Below, in pieces: positions 62,518-64,000 of a stretch of 64,000 nucleotides of DNA. The stretch is from Podarcis tiliguerta (lineage: Eukaryota), in NCBI GenBank assembly GCA_965153285.1, contig OZ229116.1; one strand, 5' to 3'. Position 1 is the stretch's first letter. Each line of letters starts with the position of its first letter. A model generated the notes under the pieces. It did not search any database. It was not told where the DNA came from and saw only the letters and a program-made list of their open reading frames with translations. Position numbers and translations under genes: made by a program.

Positions 62518-64000
62518 CTTCTCAGCTTGCTGATCCTTAAAAATGAGTCCCTGTTAGGGGAAAAGGCAGGAAACAACAACAACAACGTGTAAACAACAAC
62601 AACACTTAGGTATAGATTTGTACTTACTTGTATTTGCCAGCATTTCCAGTGCAAGACTTACGAGTTGCAAAATGGCTGGCGGGGGCTAAAGGAATGAGTT
62701 GCAAGCAAAGTTGAAGGGCTTACGTCAAGGAATTGGGCTGCACAGCATCGGACCCTGCAGCTGGTAGCCAATATAAAACCTCTGGATTGACCAGGCTTGG
62801 TGTAAATATTAGGTGATTGGCATTGCCCAGGCCCATACAGCTCAACCATCCCAGTTTGAGTGGAACATCCCAGAATTACAAAAGACATCCTGGCTTCTGA
62901 TTGGATCCTGGAATGTCCTGGTTTTTGGTCCAGCACTCTTGGGAGAATCAGCTGGCTTGCACCAGACCAAAATACCTTATTCTTTGGTCTCATACTCTTA
63001 CATGTGTCAGCTGGCTCCCATGAGAGCTTGAGACCCCAAAAATGACCAATTTTGATCCGTGGGGTGGTGGAGGGTATGGAGGCCTGTCCAACACAGTAGT
63101 ACCTGCCAGTCATTGGATTTCCACTCCCTCTTCTTCCAGTTCCTTCTCACCCTCCTGGCACAGATTTGGGTATGACCACCCACTTGCCTCCCTGGTCAAA
63201 AGTCGCAAAGCCCATCATTTAAAACAAGCAAACAAACCCCCTTTGCACTCAGTCCTTCCCAAATGTTTACGAGGACAAAAAGCATTCAAGCCTGCTTAGG
63301 TCATTAGAGATGCAGCTAACTGATTGGACTTTATCTTTTTCCAAAAAAGGTGCTGTGCACTTTAGCTAGGCGTAGGGGTGGCGGCGTGGAATAAAAAGCT
63401 CTGTAGCTTGACAGTAAACAGGACAGCTTGCAAGGAAGGAGGGGAAAGATGGTGGGTTGCCAAGGAGAGGGGAGGAAAAAACTCAACAAAAGTTGGGCAC
63501 GTTTCAACCATAATCAAAGAGGTCTGAAAGATCAGAGAGAAGAAGACAGACCAGTTATTAACTTCAGACTGTTGGGTTTTGGGGGTTTTCACTGCGGCTG
63601 CTGTTATATATTTAAGCGCAGCTGCATTTAATGAGTTTGTGCAAAAGCAGACGTCGTCCAAATTGAAGAAAGCAGGAGTTTTTCATCCAATTAGATAACC
63701 GACTTGGCTGCCAGCCTCTGGTGAATCAAAAAAGGTCTCGTCCAACTTTCGAGACAGAAGCTAATTGCAAATATATTTTCTATGTCTATACATCTGCGTG
63801 TTTGGGTCCACACATTATTATTAAGAAATAGCATTCTGTCAAAAACCCATTTTCTGCATGCGCTAATTTGATTATTTGAGATAATGCATTTGCCAAGGGC
63901 AGAAATTGCTAGCGATAAACTTTAACGGCAAGATAGGAGCTGTCATTCTGCTGGTGAGCTTCAACAAGCAGTAGGGGTTATCTCTGCACATTTCCTCCCC

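Noticed and set aside
51983-64000. Intact native PTGDR gene at this locus
   Set aside because: Homology ends in early TM2 at a transposon end, no further receptor-coding sequence is visible downstream, and the unit is bounded by a TSD.
1-64000. CRISPR arrays, operons or other prokaryotic systems
   Set aside because: Eukaryotic intronic and intergenic DNA. The repeats are dispersed transposons, not repeat-spacer arrays.

Overview
Vertebrate genomic DNA, most likely a lacertid lizard: it is dense in Sauria SINEs, Squam3-like SINEs, BovB, CR1, L2 and DNA-transposon MITEs. The window holds the 3' part of BCL2 on the + strand. About 41 kb of the large last intron (1-41105) is followed by the terminal coding exon (41106-41240, missed by the ORF track) and a ~8 kb 3'UTR ending near 49212. 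The UTR carries an AU-rich element and seed matches for miR-34, miR-204, miR-15/16, miR-200a and miR-181. The standout observation is ~1.9 kb past the BCL2 poly(A) site. A young-looking 1.2-kb non-autonomous hAT-type element (51071-52274; perfect 17-bp TIRs; perfect 8-bp TSD GACACACT) carries a CpG island plus the first ~70 codons of a prostanoid receptor gene, most like PTGDR. This is a Pack-type, gene-capturing DNA transposon. An older relative with the same ends but a different interior sits at 34191-35117. Nearly all ORFs in the supplied track are spurious. Comparisons with human sequences are from memory and need confirming by alignment.
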